Source: Pseudomonadota bacterium (lineage in GTDB: Bacteria; Pseudomonadota; Alphaproteobacteria; Rhodospirillales; Magnetospirillaceae). From it: a stretch of 47,772 nucleotides of DNA. Each line of letters starts with the position of its first letter. Position 1 is the stretch's first letter. Made by a program: the position numbers and the translations under genes. The stretch is from the NCBI GenBank assembly GCA_040751765.1, contig JBFMHS010000409.1, forward strand, positions 1 to 47,772, read 5' to 3'. Below the pieces are notes generated by a model. The model had not been told where the DNA came from and ran no database searches. It saw nothing but the letters and a program-made list of their open reading frames with translations. This document shows positions 27,707 to 37,384 of the stretch, in pieces.

Positions 27707-29152
27707 ATGACAATCCCCCCACGACAAGGGGTTAGCGGTCATCCGGACGGCCCGGAAGCATACCTCCGAAGCGCGGAAAATGGAGCCCGAAGGTTGAAAT
27801 TCCTGGTCAAGAACGTCCTCGGCGACATCGACCGGCTGTCGGGCATCCGGGTTTATGGGCGGGTGGCCGCCGTCCAGGGCATGCTGATCGAGGCGGGCGG
27901 CGTCCAGCGCCAGATCTCGGTGGGCGACCGTTGCGAGGTGATTGCCCGCGACGGCCGCCGCGTGCCTTGCGAGGTGGTGGGATTCCGCTCGGGCCGCGCG
28001 TTGCTGATGCCGTTCGTCGCCATCGACGGCGTCGGGTTGGGCTGCCGCACCGAGGTGGGCGATTCCGAGCCGGTGATCTATCCCGACAGCGGTTGGCTGG
28101 GCCGGGTGGTCAACGCCTTCGGCCAGCCGGTGGACGGACTGGGGCCGTTGCCCATGGGCGATGCCGCCGTGCCCATCCGCAACCGGCCGCCCTCGGCCCA
28201 TTCGCGCTCGCGCGTGCGTGGCAAGGTCGACCTCGGGGTGCGTTCGGTCAACGCCTTCCTGACCATGTGCCGGGGGCAGCGCATGGGCATTTTCGCCGGG
28301 TCCGGCGTCGGCAAGTCGTCGATCCTGTCGATGATGGCCCGCAACACCTCGTGCGACGTCTCGGTGATCGGGCTGATCGGCGAGCGCGGCCGCGAGGCGC
28401 GCGAGTTCATCGAGGACGACCTCGGCGAGGAGGGCATGAAGCGGTCGGTCGTGGTGGTGTCGACCTCGGACGAAAGCCCGCTGATGCGCCGCCAGGCGGC
28501 CTACATGACGTTGTCGGTGGCCGAGCACTTCCGCGACCAGGGCCTCGACGTGCTGTGCATGATGGACTCGGTGACCCGCTTCGCCATGGCCCAGCGCGAG
28601 ATCAGCCTGTCGGCGGGCGAGCCGCCGGCCTCCAAGGGCTACACCCCCACGGTGTTCGCCGAGCTGCCCCGCCTGCTGGAGCGGGCCGGCCCGGGCATCG
28701 AGGGGCAGGGGGGCTCGATCACCGGCATCTTCACTGTGCTGGTGGACGCCGACGACCACAACGAGCCCATCGCCGACGCGGTGCGAGGCATCCTCGACGG
28801 CCATATCGTGCTCGATCGCGGCATCGCCGACCGCGGCCGCTATCCGGCGGTCAACATCCTGCGCAGCGTGTCGCGCGTCATGCCCGCCTGCAACAACGAC
28901 CAGGAGAACGCCCTGGTCAGCCGCGCCCGGCGCCTGCTCGCCACCTACGAGGACATGGCCGAACTGATCCGCCTCGGCGCCTACCGGCGCGGCACCGACC
29001 CGGCGGTCGACGAGGCCATGCACTACTATCCGATGATCGAGGCCTTCCTGACCCAGCGCAAGGACGAGGCCACCGACCTCGGCACCTGCTATGCCGAACT
29101 GGCCCGCATCCTCGGCATGGAGTTCGAGGGCGACGGCATGGGGAGCCGCTAG
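27707..29152 (+). CDS. fliI: Flagellum-specific ATPase FliI
   Basis: 481-aa ORF with Walker A 'GSGVGKSS' and '[14 protein letters not shown]'. An in-frame TTG at 27794 with an upstream GGAG is an alternative, shorter start. Confidence 0.9.
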   Translation: MTIPPRQGVSGHPDGPEAYLRSAENGARRLKFLVKNVLGDIDRLSGIRVYGRVAAVQGMLIEAGGVQRQISVGDRCEVIARDGRRVPCEVVGFRSGRALLMPFVAIDGVGLGCRTEVGDSEPVIYPDSGWLGRVVNAFGQPVDGLGPLPMGDAAVPIRNRPPSAHSRSRVRGKVDLGVRSVNAFLTMCRGQRMGIFAGSGVGKSSILSMMARNTSCDVSVIGLIGERGREAREFIEDDLGEEGMKRSVVVVSTSDESPLMRRQAAYMTLSVAEHFRDQGLDVLCMMDSVTRFAMAQREISLSAGEPPASKGYTPTVFAELPRLLERAGPGIEGQGGSITGIFTVLVDADDHNEPIADAVRGILDGHIVLDRGIADRGRYPAVNILRSVSRVMPACNNDQENALVSRARRLLATYEDMAELIRLGAYRRGTDPAVDEAMHYYPMIEAFLTQRKDEATDLGTCYAELARILGMEFEGDGMGSR

Positions 29153-29155
29153 TCC

Positions 29156-29593
29156 ATGGCCAAGGCCAAGGGCCTGAAGACGCTGATCCGGCTGTCCAAG
29201 TTCAACGTGGACGAGAAGCGCCGCGTGCTGGTGGCGCTGCAGAACGCCGAGGACCAGGTGCTGGCCGAGATCGACAGCCACGACCACCGCCTCAAGGAGG
29301 AGCAGCGCGTCGCCGCCCAGGACTCCACCGGCGTCGGCTATCTCTACGGCGCCTACCACCGCGCCTGGATGGACCGCCGCGAGAACCTGCTGCGCTCGCT
29401 GGCCGCCCTGCGCGCGCAGATCGAGGCCGCCCGCGACGCCCTGGCCGAGGCCTATCGCGAGCAGAAGACCTACGAGATCACCCAGAAGGAACGCGAACGC
29501 CGCGAACAGGAAGAGCGCGACCGCAAGGAACAGGCCTTCCTCGACGAACTGGGCCAGCAGATGCACCAGCGGAAGAAGGATGAGGCGGGGTGA
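29156..29593 (+). CDS. fliJ: Flagellar export chaperone FliJ
   Basis: 145 aa, coiled-coil, 'LKTLIRLSKFNVDEKRRVL...', immediately after fliI. Confidence 0.75.
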   Translation: MAKAKGLKTLIRLSKFNVDEKRRVLVALQNAEDQVLAEIDSHDHRLKEEQRVAAQDSTGVGYLYGAYHRAWMDRRENLLRSLAALRAQIEAARDALAEAYREQKTYEITQKERERREQEERDRKEQAFLDELGQQMHQRKKDEAG

Positions 29594-29651
29594 GCCCCCT
29601 TGCGCCCCCTTCCCGGATTCCTTACTTTCTTACTGGAAAGGAAGGTGGGGC

Positions 29652-29879
29652 ATGGATCTGGCGCGGGTGACGGCCAAGGGCCAGACGACGATTCCCAAGG
29701 CGGTGCGCGAGCGTGCCGGCATCAAGGAAGGCGACCTGCTGGAGTTCGTGGTCGAGGGCGATCATGTGGTGGTCCGCAAGATTCGCCGCAGTCAGGACGA
29801 CGATTACCTGAGGGGCGTCGAGGCGACCTTGGGCGAGTGGCTGTCCGACGAGGATGAGGCGGCCTATCGTGACCTTTGA
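29652..29879 (+). CDS. AbrB/MazE/SpoVT-family antitoxin
   Basis: Within ORF 29580..29879. 'MDLARVTAKGQTTIPKAVRERAGIKEGDLLEFVVEGDHVVVRK' is the swapped-hairpin signature. An RBS-like GGAAAGGAAGG lies upstream. Confidence 0.8.
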   Translation: MDLARVTAKGQTTIPKAVRERAGIKEGDLLEFVVEGDHVVVRKIRRSQDDDYLRGVEATLGEWLSDEDEAAYRDL

Positions 29880-30207
29880 GCGCTTCGACCTGGTGGTGGT
29901 GCCCTTCCCCTTCTCGGAGCGCGAGGGCGCCAAGCGGCGGCCGGCGCTGGTGGTGTCGTCGACGGATTTCAACCTCACCCACGACCATGTGGTGCTGGCC
30001 ATGGTCACCACCGGGGCCAGGACGCGCTGGCCGTCGGACGTGGCGATTTCTCCTGGCGCCGCCACCGGGCTGGCGGTGCCGTCGGTGGTCCGGCTCAAGT
30101 TGTTCACTCTCGATCGCGCGTTGATCCTGCGGACCATCGGCAAGGTGTCGGGCGCCGATGCCGTGAAACTCGACCAGGCCCTGCGCCGCAATCTCCTGAA
30201 CGAATGA
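29854..30207 (+). CDS. PemK/MazF-family toxin (endoribonuclease-like)
   Basis: 117 aa, 'FDLVVVPFPFSEREGAKRRPALVVS...VLAMVTT...VRLKLFTLDRALILRTIGKVS'. Overlaps the antitoxin 3' end. A GTG at 29869 is an alternative start. Confidence 0.8.
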   Translation: MRRPIVTFERFDLVVVPFPFSEREGAKRRPALVVSSTDFNLTHDHVVLAMVTTGARTRWPSDVAISPGAATGLAVPSVVRLKLFTLDRALILRTIGKVSGADAVKLDQALRRNLLNE

Positions 30208-31103
30208 CCCTCACCGCCTATCTTGCCCCCGAGGGCTTCGAGGACGACCTGCGCGCCGAACTGGGCGACGTGGCCGAGCAGCACGGCAGGCTGATGCTGG
30301 CGCCGGGGCCGGCGCGGGCGGTGGCGTGGGCGCAGAATGTGTGGTTCGACCCGGTGCGCATCCCCATCGCCTCCATCGGCGAGGGCGCCAGGGCGCTCAA
30401 GGCCGTCCAGCGCAACTGGTGGCCCTATGCCCCCACCCTGCACCGGCGCACCGCGCTGATGGTGGACAAGCTGCCCAAGGTCTCGGCCCGGCCTTTGGTG
30501 TTCGGCCAGCCGGCGCCGACGGCGCCCTTGGGATCGTTCACCCTGCTCGACGAGCACACCCTGCTGGCCTCGGCGCGGTGCTCCAGCCCGTTCCCCAACG
30601 GCGAAGTCCGCTTCGTCGAGGACAAGGCGGGGCCGCCCAACCGCGCCTATCTCAAGCTTTGGGAGGCCTTCACCGTCCTGGGTGTCCACCCCGCCCCCGG
30701 CGAGACCTGCCTCGACCTGGGTGCCTGCCCCGGCGGCTGGACCTGGGTGCTGGCCGGGCTGGGGGCGCGGGTGACGGCGGTGGACAAGGCGCCGCTGGAT
30801 CCGCGGGTGGCGGCGATGCCCGGGGTCACCGTGCTCGCCGGCAGCGCCTTCGGCCTCGATCCCCGCCAGGCTGGGCCGGTCGACTGGCTGTTCTCGGACG
30901 TCATCTGCTATCCGTCGCGCCTGCTGGCCCTGGTGCGCCGCTGGATCGAGGCCGGCGCGGCGCGCAATTTCGTCTGTACCGTCAAGTTCCAGGGCGAAAC
31001 CGATTTCGAATCCTTGCGCGCCTTCGGCGAAATACCGGGCGCGCGTCTGCTGCACCTGTTCCACAACAAGCACGAAGTCACCTGGGCGCTGCTCCGGCCC
31101 TAA
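30204..31103 (+). CDS. RlmM/FtsJ-like SAM-dependent ribose 2'-O-methyltransferase (23S rRNA C2498-type)
   Basis: 299 aa, 'NRAYLKLWEAF...CLDLGACPGGWTWVL...SDVICYPSRL...VKF'. ATGA overlap with the toxin stop. Confidence 0.72.
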   Translation: MTLTAYLAPEGFEDDLRAELGDVAEQHGRLMLAPGPARAVAWAQNVWFDPVRIPIASIGEGARALKAVQRNWWPYAPTLHRRTALMVDKLPKVSARPLVFGQPAPTAPLGSFTLLDEHTLLASARCSSPFPNGEVRFVEDKAGPPNRAYLKLWEAFTVLGVHPAPGETCLDLGACPGGWTWVLAGLGARVTAVDKAPLDPRVAAMPGVTVLAGSAFGLDPRQAGPVDWLFSDVICYPSRLLALVRRWIEAGAARNFVCTVKFQGETDFESLRAFGEIPGARLLHLFHNKHEVTWALLRP

Positions 31104-31181
31104 GGCCTTCCGGTGTTGCCCTGTGCCCGGGATGGGGTTACACCTAGAGCCGCTTTGAAATTTGCTTAGAGTTCGGGTGCC

Positions 31182-32282
31182 ATGGGCGTTCCTACCCTTC
31201 CGCCGCCGGTGGATATCGACAACGACACCAAGAAGGCGGTCATCGACGGCCTGAAGAAGGTGCTCGCCCGCCTGCAGGAGCAGGGGCTGGTCGATGCGGG
31301 CGCCACCTACCAGAACCTGATCTCCCAGCCCGAACTGCTGGAAAGCTTCATCAAGACCTTCACCGCCCACCGCGACTCCTGCGACGACATCGTGAAGGAC
31401 GCCAAGGGCGGGCCCATCCGCGACAACGACACCCCCACCGCCTGCGGCGTGTCGCTGGACCAGATCCAGCAGCTGCTGGTGCGCACTTGCGCCAAGAAGG
31501 TGATGGAGTCCGAGAAGACCATCTCCACCGTCACCGAGACCGTCACTAAGAAGAGCTTCCTCGGCTTGATCAAGAAGACCGAGGAAGTCAGCCGCGAGAC
31601 CACCGACCCGGTGGAGGAGCGCAAGATCCGCGAGATCACCCGCTACGTCGCCTTCGGCTGGCAGTTGCCCTTGCTCAACGCCTATCGCCAGCTGACCTAC
31701 CAGCAGCTGATGGAGATCGGCGAGGACCTGGTGGCGCTGCCCACCGCCGCCCATGTGGAGGCGCTGTCCCAGTTCGATCCCGGCATGCTGCGCAAGGTCA
31801 AGCAGGCGGCCGGCGAGGACTTCGCCGAGATCCTGGCCGACCGGCCGCAGGCCATCGCCGGCGTCGCGGTGTGGAACCGCGACATGTACGAATTCTACCG
31901 CAAGGCCCTGGGCGACAAGGCCTGGGCGTTCTTCGCCCGCGACTCAGCCTTCTTCAACGTGGTGGCGTCGCTGGACAAGCCCACTGCCCGCATCCTGGGT
32001 GACGTGCTGTGCTACGTCGCCGCCGAGAACCTGGCCGAGATCCAGCGCCTGAACATCGACAAGATCGAGGTGCTGGTGACCTCGCTGCGCGCCGCCTTCG
32101 GCGACCGCCTGGGCCAGATCCTGGCGATCCCCAATTTTTCCAAGGACATCCTGCGCAAGGTGGTCGACAACCTGATCCACATGAGCCAGGAGAAGGACAA
32201 GCTGATGACGTCCTTCGCGCTGACCTGCAAGGCCATGGTGCCCACCGTCATGGAATGGCTGGCCAAGCAGCGCGTCGCCTGA
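31182..32282 (+). CDS. Hypothetical soluble protein, 366 aa, no recognisable domain
   Basis: Long ORF with neighbour-like GC3-rich codon usage. The protein is Lys/Glu/Ile-rich, unlike the Arg/Gly/Pro-rich artefact ORFs. Confidence 0.7.
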   Translation: MGVPTLPPPVDIDNDTKKAVIDGLKKVLARLQEQGLVDAGATYQNLISQPELLESFIKTFTAHRDSCDDIVKDAKGGPIRDNDTPTACGVSLDQIQQLLVRTCAKKVMESEKTISTVTETVTKKSFLGLIKKTEEVSRETTDPVEERKIREITRYVAFGWQLPLLNAYRQLTYQQLMEIGEDLVALPTAAHVEALSQFDPGMLRKVKQAAGEDFAEILADRPQAIAGVAVWNRDMYEFYRKALGDKAWAFFARDSAFFNVVASLDKPTARILGDVLCYVAAENLAEIQRLNIDKIEVLVTSLRAAFGDRLGQILAIPNFSKDILRKVVDNLIHMSQEKDKLMTSFALTCKAMVPTVMEWLAKQRVA

Positions 32283-32449
32283 CCCGCCGTGCCTCAGGGG
32301 ACGTCGGGTCCGCCGGCCTGGTCGCCATCGCCTGGGCGTTGTCCGCGGTTCCATCGTGGCGGGCACCCCCGCGTGCCGCATGACCGCCGCGGTGGTGGGG
32401 ATTCTTCTCTGACGGCCGGCGCGCCGCCGAAGTTTACTTTGGCCGTTGG

Positions 32450-35400
32450 ATGCTGCATCTTCGCCCCATGATCGTCGGCTCCGCGTCCAAACGACTCCTG
32501 GTCATCGAGGACAATCCGGGCGACCAGCGCCTCATCGAGATCAAGCTCGCCGAGGCCATGGTCTCCTGGGCGGCCGACTGCCGCGCCAGCCTTGCCGACG
32601 CGCTGGTGCGGCCGCTGGACGGCTACGAATGCATCCTGGCCGACTTGGGGCTTCCCGATTCCTCGGGCATCGAGACGGTGTTGCGGATCAAGCGGGCCGC
32701 CCCCGACATCGCCCTGGTGGTGCTGACCGGCCTCGACGACGAGCGCGTCGCCCAGGACGCCATCCGCGCCGGCGCCCAGGACTACGTGGTCAAGTCCCTG
32801 GCCGGGCTGGAATTGCTGCCCCGTGTCATCCGCCATGCGGTCGAGCGCCAGCAGACCCAGCTGGCCCTGGAGGCGTCGCGCCGCACCAACGAGGCGCTGC
32901 TGGACGCCAGCCACGACCTCGCCGCGCTGCTGGAGGCCGACGGCCGCCTGATCACCATCAACGCCAAGGGCGAGCAGTATTTCGGCAAGACCGCCGAGGA
33001 CCTGGCCGGGGCCAACCTGTTCGACCTGCTGCCCAAGTCGCTGGCCGCCCATCGTCGGGCCTATTTCGATCAGGCTCTGGCCAGCGGCCGAACCGTCGAG
33101 TTCGAGGATTCCGACGGTCCACACTGGTACGCCAACCGCGTCCTCGCCGTCGCCGGCACCATGCCGGGCGAACGCCATTGCGCCTGGTTCTGCCGCGACA
33201 TCACTTCCGAGCGTGCCGCCGCCGACAAGCTGGAGGAGGCCAAGGACGCCGCCGACCTGGCCAACCGCGCCAAGACCGACTTCATGTCGCGCATGAGCCG
33301 CGACATCCGCACGCCGCTCAACGACGTCATCGGCTTCGCCGAGATGATCGCCGCCGAGATGCTGGGCCCGGTGCAGCCGGCCGGCTACCGCGAATACGCC
33401 GACAGCATCCTCAATTCGGGCTCGCAGATCCTCAAGCTGATCGACCGCATCACCGACGTGTCGATGCTGGAATCGGCCCTGCTCAAGGACCAGGCCTCGT
33501 ATCGCGATCTCGTCGAGCTGTCGCCGGACCTGATCTGCGTCTGCGTCGACGGCGTCATCGAGCGCATCAACGCCGCCGGCCTGGGCATGCTGCGGGCGCC
33601 GGCCGCCTCGGCCTGCGAGGGCAAGGCCTTCGCCGACTTCATCCACGCCGATTACCGCGCCATCTTCGACATGGGCCTGGAGGCCCTGTACGAGGAGGAC
33701 CACCCGGTCCCGGTCAAGGTGGTCACCTTCGCCGGCCGCACCCGCGACGTCGAACTGTCGGCGGTGCCGCTCAGGCGCGACGGCCATGTCGCCACCCTGC
33801 TGGTCGGCCGCGACACCACCGAGGTCACCGCCGCCATGCGCGCGGTGGCGGCGCGCGAACACCGCATCCGCGCCATCATGGACACGGTGTTGGACGCCAT
33901 CGTCACCATCGACGAGGACGGCGTCATTGTCAGCGCCAACCTGTCGGTGGAGCGCATCTTCGGCTATTCGCTGACCGAGTTGGTGGGCGCCAACGTCGCC
34001 ATCCTGATGCCCGAGCCCGACGCCTCGCAGCACGGCGGCTACATCAAGAAGTTCATGGCCGGCCACGGCGGCACGGTCATCGGCGTCGGCCGCGAGGTCA
34101 TGGGCCGCCGCAAGGACGGCACCCTGATTCCGGTGCATCTGTCGGTGTCCGAGCTGCGGCTGGACAAACGGCGCCTGTTCACCGGCACCATCCGCGACCT
34201 GACCGAGAACAAGCAGCTGGCGCAGCGGGTCAACTACCTCGCCAACCACGACCCGCTGACCGATTTGCCCAACCGCTCGTTGCTGACCGACCGGCTGGGG
34301 CAGGCGGTGGCGCTGGCTCGCGGCGCCGGCGGCCATGTGGCGGTGATGACCATCGACCTGGACGGTTTCACCACCATCAACGATTCGCTGGGCCATGACG
34401 TCGGCAACCAGCTGCTGCGCGAGACGGCGCGCCGGCTGACCCAGGCGGTGGGCGGAGGTGGCACCGCCGCGCGGCTGGCCGGCGACGAGTTCGCGGTGGT
34501 GATCCCCCAGCTCAAGGATCTGGCCCAGGTGACGGCGGCGGTGGAGCAGGTGCAGGACGCCCTGACCAAGCCGTTCCACATCCACAACGCCGACCTCAAC
34601 CTGCCGGCCGATATCGGCGTCTCGGTCTATCCCCGTGACGGCGAGGAGCCGTTGGACCTGCTGCGCAACGCCGAGATGGCGCTGCACACGGTCAAGAAGC
34701 GCCCCGACCAGCGGTTGGGCTTCTTCGACACCGCCATGTCCTACGCGGTGTCCGAGCGCCTGACGCTGGAACGCTCGATCAAGGATGCCCTGACGCTGGG
34801 CCAGTTCGAGCTGTTCTTCCAGCCCCAGGTGCAGCTGGCCGACTATCGCCTGATCGGCGCCGAGGCGCTGATCCGCTGGCGCCATCCCGAGCTGGGCATC
34901 ATTGCACCCGACAAGTTCATCCCGGTGGCCGAGGAAACCGGTCTGATCGTGCCCATGGGCCGCTGGGTGCTCCAGGAGGCGTGCCGCCAGGTCAAGGAAT
35001 GGTCGCGCCTCGGCCTGCCGGCCATCCGCCTGGGCGTCAACATCTCGGGCCGCCAGTTCCGTGAGCCGGACCTCGCCGACACCGTCGCCCAGGCCATCGC
35101 CGACGCCGGCATCGACGCCCGCGCGCTGGACCTGGAGCTGACCGAAAGCATGCTGATGGTCGACGGCGAGGGCACCCTGAAGCTGCTGCGCGAGTTGGCG
35201 CGGCTGGGGGTGTCGCTGTCCATCGACGATTTCGGCACCGGCTATTCCTCGCTGGCCTATCTCAAGCGGTTCCCGGTCAACACGGTCAAGATCGACCGCG
35301 CTTTCGTGCGCGACCTCGAGCACGACGAGGACGGCCGCGTCATCGCCAACGCCATCATCTCGCTGGCCCACTCGCTGTCCCTGAAGACCATCGCCGAGGG

Positions 35401-35587
35401 TGTCGAGACCGAGAACCAGGCTGCGCTCCTGGCCAAGCACGGCTGCGACGAGATCCAGGGCTACCTGATCGGCCGGCCGCTGCCGTCGGCCGACTTCATC
35501 GCATTCGCCAGGAAGTGGGAGGCAGCGCCCGGCCCGGCCTTGGACGCCGGCGCGGGGACCGGGCAACAGCAGGGGGTTAGGCCATGA
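32450..35587 (+). CDS. Multidomain signalling protein: REC, PAS, degenerate HisKA/DHp (His replaced by Arg, no ATPase domain), PAS, PAS, GGDEF (AGDEF) and EAL
   Basis: 1045 aa. REC 'LLVIEDN...ILADLGLPD...VVKS'. DHp-like 'ANRAKTDFMSRMSRDIRTPLNDVIGFAEMI' (Arg codon at 33299-33301). 'LAGDEF' at 34478-34492. EAL 'GAEALIRW' at 34862-34870, 'DDFGTGYSSL', 'KIDRAFV'. Confidence 0.9.
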   Translation: MLHLRPMIVGSASKRLLVIEDNPGDQRLIEIKLAEAMVSWAADCRASLADALVRPLDGYECILADLGLPDSSGIETVLRIKRAAPDIALVVLTGLDDERVAQDAIRAGAQDYVVKSLAGLELLPRVIRHAVERQQTQLALEASRRTNEALLDASHDLAALLEADGRLITINAKGEQYFGKTAEDLAGANLFDLLPKSLAAHRRAYFDQALASGRTVEFEDSDGPHWYANRVLAVAGTMPGERHCAWFCRDITSERAAADKLEEAKDAADLANRAKTDFMSRMSRDIRTPLNDVIGFAEMIAAEMLGPVQPAGYREYADSILNSGSQILKLIDRITDVSMLESALLKDQASYRDLVELSPDLICVCVDGVIERINAAGLGMLRAPAASACEGKAFADFIHADYRAIFDMGLEALYEEDHPVPVKVVTFAGRTRDVELSAVPLRRDGHVATLLVGRDTTEVTAAMRAVAAREHRIRAIMDTVLDAIVTIDEDGVIVSANLSVERIFGYSLTELVGANVAILMPEPDASQHGGYIKKFMAGHGGTVIGVGREVMGRRKDGTLIPVHLSVSELRLDKRRLFTGTIRDLTENKQLAQRVNYLANHDPLTDLPNRSLLTDRLGQAVALARGAGGHVAVMTIDLDGFTTINDSLGHDVGNQLLRETARRLTQAVGGGGTAARLAGDEFAVVIPQLKDLAQVTAAVEQVQDALTKPFHIHNADLNLPADIGVSVYPRDGEEPLDLLRNAEMALHTVKKRPDQRLGFFDTAMSYAVSERLTLERSIKDALTLGQFELFFQPQVQLADYRLIGAEALIRWRHPELGIIAPDKFIPVAEETGLIVPMGRWVLQEACRQVKEWSRLGLPAIRLGVNISGRQFREPDLADTVAQAIADAGIDARALDLELTESMLMVDGEGTLKLLRELARLGVSLSIDDFGTGYSSLAYLKRFPVNTVKIDRAFVRDLEHDEDGRVIANAIISLAHSLSLKTIAEGVETENQAALLAKHGCDEIQGYLIGRPLPSADFIAFARKWEAAPGPALDAGAGTGQQQGVRP

Positions 35588-35952
35588 CCGGGACCGTCGT
35601 CATCGTCGAGGACAACGCGATGAACATGAAGCTCCTGGAGCAGGCGCTGTCCATCGCCGGATACCAGACCGTCAAGTCGGCGGACGGCGAGGGGCTGGTC
35701 GAGCTGACCGCCGGCGCCGACGCGGCGGTGGTGCTGATGGACATCCAGCTGCCCAAGTATTCCGGCGTCGACCTGCTGCGCCTGCTGAAGGCCGATCCCC
35801 GCACCGCCGACACCCCGGTGCTGGCGGTGACCGCCTTCGCCGATCCCGATTCGGTGGCGGGGTTCCTGGAGGAAGGCTTCAACCAGGTCATCACCAAGCC
35901 CATCTCCATTCGTAAGCTGCTGGACGAGGTCGCCCGGTACTGCGGCGGCTGA
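35584..35952 (+). CDS. divK: DivK-like single-domain response regulator
   Basis: 122 aa, '[18 protein letters not shown]...[12 protein letters not shown]...VLAVTAFA...ITKPISI'. ATGA overlap with the upstream GGDEF-EAL gene. Confidence 0.75.
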   Translation: MTGTVVIVEDNAMNMKLLEQALSIAGYQTVKSADGEGLVELTAGADAAVVLMDIQLPKYSGVDLLRLLKADPRTADTPVLAVTAFADPDSVAGFLEEGFNQVITKPISIRKLLDEVARYCGG

Positions 35953-36005
35953 ACGCCGCCCGCCTCGCGCTCCCGCCGCGACCCTCAAGTCAGGAACAGC
36001 CCCCC

Positions 36006-37373
36006 ATGTCCGCACCCGCCAAGCCCAGCGGCGAACCCATCACCTCCAAGCGGCAGTTGGTCGACCACCTCGCCTCGGGCTGCAAGCCGCGCGAGGCCTG
36101 GCGCATCGGTACCGAGCACGAGAAGTTCGCCTACACCCTCGATGACCTGCGGCCGCTGCCCTACGAGGGCGAGCGCGGCATCAAAGCGGTTCTCCAGGGG
36201 CTGGTCAGGCTGGGCTGGCAGCCGGTCGAGGAGAACGGCAACGTCATCGCCCTGGTCGACGACACCGGCGCCAGCGTCACCCTGGAGCCCGGCGGCCAAC
36301 TGGAGCTGTCGGGGGCGCCGCTCGATTGCATCCACCACACCTGCCGCGAGACCTACGCCCATCTCAAGCAGGTCAAGCAAGTGGCGGCCAAGCTGCATGT
36401 CGGCTTCCTGGGGGTGGGATTCCAGCCCAAATGGCCGCGCGCCGACATCCCGTGGATGCCCAAGGGCCGCTACCGCATCATGCGCGACTACATGCCCAAG
36501 CGCGGCACCAAGGGCCTGGACATGATGCTGCGCACCTCGACGGTGCAGGTGAATCTCGATTTCGCCTCCGAGGCCGACATGGTGGCCAAGTTCCGCGTCT
36601 CGCTGGCCTTGCAGCCGGTGGCGACCGCCCTGTTCGCCAGTTCGCCCTTCATCGAGGGGCGGCCGTCGGGGCTGTTGTCGTCGCGCTCGGACGTGTGGAC
36701 CGACACCGACCCCGACCGCTGCGGCATGATCCCCTTCGTGTTCGAGCCCGGCATGGGCTTCGAGCGCTACGTGGACTACATGCTCGACGTGCCGATGTAT
36801 TTCGTCTACCGCGACGGCCGATACATCGACGCCTCGGGCCAGTCGTTCCGCGACTTCATGGCCGGCCGCCTGCCGGCGCTGCCGGGCGAACTGCCCACGC
36901 TGGGCGACTGGAACGACCATCTGACCACCGCCTTTCCCGAGGTGCGGCTGAAGAAGTACCTGGAGATGCGAGGCGCCGACGGCGGCCCGTGGCGGCGGCT
37001 GTGCGCACTGCCGGCGCTGTGGACCGGCCTGCTCTACGACGACTCCGCCCTGGCCGCCGCCTGGGACCTGGTCAAGGACTGGAGTATCGAGGAGCGCGAG
37101 CGCCTGCGCGCCGAGGTGCCCCGCCTGGGACTCGCCGCCACCGTCCGCGGGCGCACCGTGCGCGACCTCGCCCTCGAGGTGCTGGACCTGTCCGCCGCCG
37201 GGCTCAGGGCGCGGCGGCGCTTCAACGATTCGGGGCGCGACGAATCCATCTTCCTCGACACGCTGCGGGCCATCGCCGAATCCGGCCGCACCCCGGCCGA
37301 GGAGATGCTGGAGGCCTATCACGGCCGCTGGCGCGGCAGCGTCGATCCGATCTTCAAGGAATACGCCTACTAG
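36006..37373 (+). CDS. gshA: Glutamate-cysteine ligase, plant/alphaproteobacterial type (GshA type 2)
   Basis: 455 aa, '[12 protein letters not shown]', '[12 protein letters not shown]', '[16 protein letters not shown]'. Confidence 0.88.
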   Translation: MSAPAKPSGEPITSKRQLVDHLASGCKPREAWRIGTEHEKFAYTLDDLRPLPYEGERGIKAVLQGLVRLGWQPVEENGNVIALVDDTGASVTLEPGGQLELSGAPLDCIHHTCRETYAHLKQVKQVAAKLHVGFLGVGFQPKWPRADIPWMPKGRYRIMRDYMPKRGTKGLDMMLRTSTVQVNLDFASEADMVAKFRVSLALQPVATALFASSPFIEGRPSGLLSSRSDVWTDTDPDRCGMIPFVFEPGMGFERYVDYMLDVPMYFVYRDGRYIDASGQSFRDFMAGRLPALPGELPTLGDWNDHLTTAFPEVRLKKYLEMRGADGGPWRRLCALPALWTGLLYDDSALAAAWDLVKDWSIEERERLRAEVPRLGLAATVRGRTVRDLALEVLDLSAAGLRARRRFNDSGRDESIFLDTLRAIAESGRTPAEEMLEAYHGRWRGSVDPIFKEYAY

Positions 37374-37384
37374 GAGGACAGAGG

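Noticed and set aside
32294-35566. Very long ORFs antisense or out of frame relative to real genes. Examples: 1090 aa at 32294..35566(-), 736 aa at 18264..20474(-), 710 aa at 29622..31754(-), 640 aa at 45045..46967(-), 633 aa at 27665..29566(-), 610 aa at 8439..10271(-), and 650 aa at 32446..34398(+).
   Set aside because: Their products are Arg/Gly/Pro/Ala/His-rich low-complexity sequences with no motifs. Each one exactly shadows a gene with strong family signatures. Stop-poor alternative frames are expected in DNA this GC-rich.
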